Positions 27,013-30,724 of a DNA stretch of 30,724 nucleotides are shown in pieces. How positions within the stretch are numbered: the stretch's first letter is position 1; each line of letters opens with the position of its first letter. The notes under the pieces are model-generated. The model saw only the letters and a program-made list of their open reading frames with translations. It ran no database searches and was not told the DNA's origin. The position numbers and the translations under genes are program-made. The stretch comes from Bacteroidota bacterium (lineage in GTDB: Bacteria > Bacteroidota > Bacteroidia > UKL13-3): assembly GCA_947460565.1 (NCBI GenBank), contig CANHJJ010000001.1, forward strand, positions 1 to 30,724. The letters run 5' to 3'.

Positions 27013-27219
27013 TTGTATATAATTAAAATCAAAGGAGTTGCGAAAATTCCAGACTATGTTCAGGTGCGTGACGAAAACTTCAGCTTAATTTGTTATACCC
27101 GTGCGGATAGGCCAGAAAAGGCATTAGAAAAATGTGGATTAGGCGAAAACATTGAATATATTAAGACTTTGATTGAGAAAATTCCTTTTGGACAAATGAC
27201 TAAACTAGAGCTAAAATGA
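27013..27219 (+). CDS. Small conserved hypothetical protein (68 aa) upstream of ftsE
   Basis: TTG start; MYIIKIKGVAKIPDYVQVRDENF resembles a small Bacteroidota family I recall being mis-annotated as fructose-6-phosphate aldolase. Its stop overlaps the ftsE ATG (ATGA). Confidence 0.75.
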   Translation: MYIIKIKGVAKIPDYVQVRDENFSLICYTRADRPEKALEKCGLGENIEYIKTLIEKIPFGQMTKLELK

Positions 27220-27908
27220 CCACAAAAACTGTAATAAAACTTGAAAATGCTTCCATTTTTCAGCAAGATAATCTCATCTTATCTGAAATAAACTTTGAAA
27301 TCCAAGCTGGAGAATTTGTCTACCTTATAGGACAAACTGGCTCTGGAAAATCATCCTTACTTAAAACTTTATATGCCGATTTGAAGCTTGAAAAAGGTAC
27401 GGGTGAAATTACTGGATACTTTTTGGATAAAATTAAAGAAAATGAAATACCCTACCTACGAAGAAAAATCGGTATCATATTTCAGGACTTTCAGCTGTTA
27501 ACGGATAGAACGGCTTATGAAAACTTGTTTTTTGTTTTACAAGCCACAGGTTGGAAAAACAAATTTGAAGTTGATACCCGCATAAATGAAGTACTTGAAT
27601 TAGTTGGATTAGGCACGAAAAGTTTTAAAATGCCTTTCGAACTTAGTGGTGGAGAGCAACAGCGATTGGTAATTGCACGGGCATTGCTAAATAAGCCAGA
27701 TGTAATTCTTGCTGATGAGCCAACTGGGAATTTGGATCCAGATACGAGTGACGAAATTTTCAAATTATTACACCAAATAAATAAAAGTGGCACCTCTTTA
27801 ATTGTTACCACTCACGATTACCGTATTGTAAATAAATTTCCGGCTCATGTTTTCAAATGTGAAGGAGGGAAAATAAGTGTAAAGAAATTACTTCAGGAAA
27901 AAAATTAA
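27216..27908 (+). CDS. ftsE: Cell division ATP-binding protein FtsE-like ABC ATPase
   Basis: GQTGSGKS (Walker A), [15 protein letters not shown] (FtsE-type Q-loop), [23 protein letters not shown]. Confidence 0.85.
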   Translation: MTTKTVIKLENASIFQQDNLILSEINFEIQAGEFVYLIGQTGSGKSSLLKTLYADLKLEKGTGEITGYFLDKIKENEIPYLRRKIGIIFQDFQLLTDRTAYENLFFVLQATGWKNKFEVDTRINEVLELVGLGTKSFKMPFELSGGEQQRLVIARALLNKPDVILADEPTGNLDPDTSDEIFKLLHQINKSGTSLIVTTHDYRIVNKFPAHVFKCEGGKISVKKLLQEKN

Positions 27909-28104
27909 AAACACCTTTGTTACAGCAAATCTTAGTATTAATAAGCTTCTTAGCCCAAGAGCTTAAAATTATCATTCTGCTTTTCAACATGTTATAAACA
28001 TTTTTAAGAACTCAAGATTTGCAATTGCTAATTGCGACATTTTATTGCTTTATTTGTTTTAATGGTTAATTTATTAATGTCAATGGATTACCAAGCCTCA
28101 AAAC

Positions 28105-29898
28105 ATGAAAGACATAGAATTAAAGTTAAAAAGTGCTATCCAAAAAGCAATCAAAACAATTTGTATATTGTTTTTTTCATCCTATTCATACAGCACGCAA
28201 ATTACCATACCCCCAACTGCAGAGGTGGTAGCACAATCAACTTCTTACTATCAAGTTGCAAGCCAAACAAATATAAGAATACCACTTGGAGGAACCTTGG
28301 TGGTATATAACTATCTATATGTAAATTTAGCCCCTGGTGATACATTGCTCATAGACGCCACAAACTCAATAGGAAACAATACATTTACAAGAACACAAAT
28401 GCTAATTAAAGATTTAGCAGGTAGTAAGGCTAAACCGATTTTGATAAAAAATAAAACAGGAAAAATTATTCAAATTACCCAAACAAATGGAAATACAAGT
28501 TATGGAATTGCTTTTCATGGATGCTCTGACATTATACTAAGTGGAAAAGAAATTAATTCAAGTTTAAACTTAAAAATAAAAAATTTCATAAGTAGCTCTT
28601 CAATGGGCATATGTTTTGATAGAAATACAAAAAACGTAGAACTAGCAAACTGTGAAATTGCCTATATTGGAGCTCAAGGTGTTCAGTTTAAATCATCAGA
28701 ACCTTATAACGGAAACAGTGCTATTGTAGATACAGCGTATTGCAGACAATATGTATTAGCAGGTGGTTTAGGGGTTGGGAAATTTCATGATAATTATATT
28801 CACCATACTGGGTCAGAAGCGCTTTATATTGGATCAACAGCATATAATGAGAATGATGGCACTGCGCTAACTATCAATCAAAGTTTTGCAAATTCTCTTC
28901 CTACAAATAATTTAATTTTTTATTCCAAAAACTCATGGAGATTTTTGCCACATTTTATAGATACAGTTTTAGTTTTTAACAATATAACAGATAGCACTGG
29001 TTGGGATGGGATACAAGTTGCTATGGCAAAATATTATAGGGTATACAACAATAAAGTCTCTAATTATGGGCTAAAAAAGGATTATGGACAAATGTTCGGC
29101 ATGATTATAGGTGCACCTTGTATGGGAGAGTTATATAATAATATAATAAATACAGGAAATGGAAGCGCCATTCAATGCTTTGGCATTCAAAATAGATTTT
29201 ATAACAATTTAATAATCAAACCTAATTTAAATCCCAAAGAATCAGTTTGGTGGGCTATTAATGCTGTTTATTTCAATGACAAAATATGCACACCTCAAAC
29301 ACTAACAAGGATGGGATTAACATTGAGTCAGACTAATTTTGAAGCCTTTCATAATACAATTATAATGCACCCCAATGACTCGGGCAGGGCCATCATGTTT
29401 ATGCAAAATTACGCTTTACAAACCAAAGGTAAGTGTTACAATAATTTAGCAGTTAGAGACCCATTACCTAATGCATTAAATCCAACAGTATTTATATTAC
29501 CAAACCCTATCTTTATTGCTAATCCTCAGCAAAGTATTTTTAGTAACACAAATAATTATCCATCAACAGACCTTCAAACAGTAGGTTTTATAAGCCCATT
29601 AGGAAATAATTATGATTTAGTTGCAGGTTGCCAAGTATGCAGAAATGCACAATCACTTATATTACCTACAAATCATAAAGCTTGGTATGACTTTGTAGGT
29701 AAATCCAGGCTCATTAATGTTGCTACCAATACAATTATTACTAAACCTAGTTATGGTTGTTATGAAATTCAAACCAATGGCTCAAGTTTGTTCAAAAATT
29801 CAGGGGAAGATATTGTTACTGTTCTTTGGCCAAACCCAATAGACAAGGACATAGATAAAGAAATATCTGTTAGGATTGAAGGTACAATAATTTATTGA
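28105..29898 (+). CDS. Right-handed parallel beta-helix (pectin lyase-like) secreted protein; T9SS CTD cut by TGA
   Basis: Signal-peptide-like N-terminus; Asn/Ile-rich beta-helix repeats (IHHTGSEALYIG, TDSTGWDGIQV, VYNNKVSNYG, FYNNLII); choice-of-anchor-Q-like YDLVAG...YDFVGKSR...PSYGCYE; CTD starts at WPNP (29827) and stops after 23 codons. Confidence 0.85.
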   Translation: MKDIELKLKSAIQKAIKTICILFFSSYSYSTQITIPPTAEVVAQSTSYYQVASQTNIRIPLGGTLVVYNYLYVNLAPGDTLLIDATNSIGNNTFTRTQMLIKDLAGSKAKPILIKNKTGKIIQITQTNGNTSYGIAFHGCSDIILSGKEINSSLNLKIKNFISSSSMGICFDRNTKNVELANCEIAYIGAQGVQFKSSEPYNGNSAIVDTAYCRQYVLAGGLGVGKFHDNYIHHTGSEALYIGSTAYNENDGTALTINQSFANSLPTNNLIFYSKNSWRFLPHFIDTVLVFNNITDSTGWDGIQVAMAKYYRVYNNKVSNYGLKKDYGQMFGMIIGAPCMGELYNNIINTGNGSAIQCFGIQNRFYNNLIIKPNLNPKESVWWAINAVYFNDKICTPQTLTRMGLTLSQTNFEAFHNTIIMHPNDSGRAIMFMQNYALQTKGKCYNNLAVRDPLPNALNPTVFILPNPIFIANPQQSIFSNTNNYPSTDLQTVGFISPLGNNYDLVAGCQVCRNAQSLILPTNHKAWYDFVGKSRLINVATNTIITKPSYGCYEIQTNGSSLFKNSGEDIVTVLWPNPIDKDIDKEISVRIEGTIIY

Positions 29899-30090
29899 TA
29901 TCAAACCAATGATGCATCTATAATTCTAATTGATTTGTCAGGAAAAAGCACAAGTATAGAAGGGACATTTATTAATAATATTTTTGAAGCTAGTAATATT
30001 GATTTTAGTGCCTTGAGTAAAGGTATTTATTTTGCCAAGTTGAAGATTGAAAATGAAATAATTTCTACTCAAAAGATTTTACTTAAATAG
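29899..30090 (+). pseudogene. In-frame continuation encoding the remainder of a T9SS type A sorting domain (nonsense-interrupted or read-through)
   Basis: The same frame stays open for 63 codons after the TGA: YQTNDASIILIDLSGKSTSIEGTFINNIFEASNIDFSALSKGIYFAKLKIENEIISTQKILLK, then TAG at 30088-30090. It has the IDLSGK, IDFSALSKGIYF and TQKIL CTD motifs and no ATG of its own. Confidence 0.85.
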
Positions 30091-30352
30091 TAGTAGAGCA
30101 TAATTAATTTCTTGTATTGTTTTGCCCTGACAGCGCGACACGTACATTCCTAGCTACACTTTAGAGGTTATCCAACTTTGTGGTTAATAAACCATGCGTT
30201 CTGTTTTAATGGCAGCTATTTTGCTATGAATTGCATCATAGCAAAACAGGTAGTCGCAATATACCCTAATATTAGGTATACAAAAATGTCTGTTCAAGTT
30301 TTTGATAATTCGTAGTGTATATTTCGAAACAAAAGAAATGTATTCCTCAATC

Positions 30353-30724
30353 ATGAAAAGTAATTATATAATTTTCACACTTTTTGTAATAACGGCACTA
30401 TCTTCTTGTGAAAAAGATTTGGCTAATGCAAACAACCCATCAGCAACTGAATGTCAACCCAATCAAATGCCACAGCAAGTTAGATCGCTAAATTTGATCA
30501 ATCCCACTTCTAGCGCTGGCACTATTCCAATCATTGCAAGTTTTAAACTTTTCCAAAATTTAACAACCTATAGCAATACCATTAATTGCAAAAATAAAAC
30601 ACCGGATTGTGCCGTAAAACTAGTTATTAAAAATACATCTGAAAGAAGAGTATTATTTGATTATACAGTAAATTTTACTTCAGGAACCAACACTTGGCAA
30701 TATGAAGGCTTTTCATCAATGAAT
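30353..30724 (+). CDS. Hypothetical lipoprotein, 3' end runs off the window
   Basis: Hand-translated: MKSNYIIFTLFVITALSSCEKD... with lipobox LSSC; open to the window end (124 codons). Alternative in-frame ATG at 30338. Confidence 0.8.
   Translation, partial: MKSNYIIFTLFVITALSSCEKDLANANNPSATECQPNQMPQQVRSLNLINPTSSAGTIPIIASFKLFQNLTTYSNTINCKNKTPDCAVKLVIKNTSERRVLFDYTVNFTSGTNTWQYEGFSSMN

Noticed and set aside
7486-27811. Other short antisense or alternate-frame ORFs in the track (7486, 8564, 9444, 9706, 10103, 12129, 12319, 14065, 14669, 15235, 15530, 17334, 17958, 20318, 22135, 23185, 23545, 27515)
   Set aside because: All lie within or almost entirely overlap longer, motif-supported genes.
27942-27965. 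Hairpin taagc(t)tctt-agccc-aagagctta after ftsE
   Set aside because: AT-rich bulged stem with no U-tract; too weak to call a terminator.
28032-28310. 92-aa plus-strand ORF from the track
   Set aside because: It overlaps the beta-helix gene in another frame and has no motif; treated as spurious.
29896-29945. Selenocysteine or alternative genetic code explanation for the internal TGA
   Set aside because: TGA terminates other genes here (5379, 16400, 27217). I see no convincing SECIS hairpin downstream, and the position is a variable, non-catalytic part of a CTD.
30100-30132. Minus-strand CAGGGCAAAAC resembles the c-di-GMP-I riboswitch start
   Set aside because: No GNRA P2, no GACGCAAAGC junction and no P3 follow.
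30148-30159. tcctagctacac resembles the preQ1-I riboswitch loop (TTCTAGCTACAC)
   Set aside because: The flanks (tacat / tttag) cannot form P1, there is no A-rich 3' tail, and no que gene follows.
30178-30260. Pistol ribozyme-like order (hairpin, long hairpin, GGT...GCAA)
   Set aside because: The P2 5' strand and the conserved GCGU/pseudoknot arrangement are missing.
1-30724. CRISPR arrays, tRNA/rRNA, IS elements, prophage or defence genes
   Set aside because: No spaced direct repeats, cloverleafs, transposase/integrase motifs or defence-family motifs were found by eye.

Overview
AT-rich, gene-dense chromosomal window from a Bacteroidota bacterium. The assignment rests on T9SS C-terminal sorting domains, TAnnTTTG promoter boxes and Bacteroidota-type pyrC/lgt/ftsE. 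It is mostly cell-envelope and housekeeping genes: a partial OmpA/TSP3 porin, an RND efflux operon (MFP-RND-TolC), a GNAT, a coiled-coil membrane protein, lpxB, pyrC, rnhA, a class A beta-lactamase-like serine hydrolase, lgt, DUF4294, a DUF423-sixA-PorE-like-M48 operon, a DUF3352-like/LPG-synthase-TM/EEP cluster, an OmpA-like+TPR lipoprotein, a 68-aa protein coupled to an orphan ftsE, a beta-helix T9SS cargo gene and a partial lipoprotein. I found no tRNA, rRNA, CRISPR array, transposase or phage genes, and I cannot support a complete new multi-gene system here. The strongest anomaly is a single in-frame TGA (29896-29898) splitting an otherwise intact T9SS sorting domain. Next are an internal duplication in Lgt, an HKFG-type serine hydrolase, a candidate division module (OmpA-like/TPR lipoprotein divergent from 68aa-ftsE) and two hairpin-rich intergenic segments. 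All family calls come from motif reading and recall; no database searches were run.
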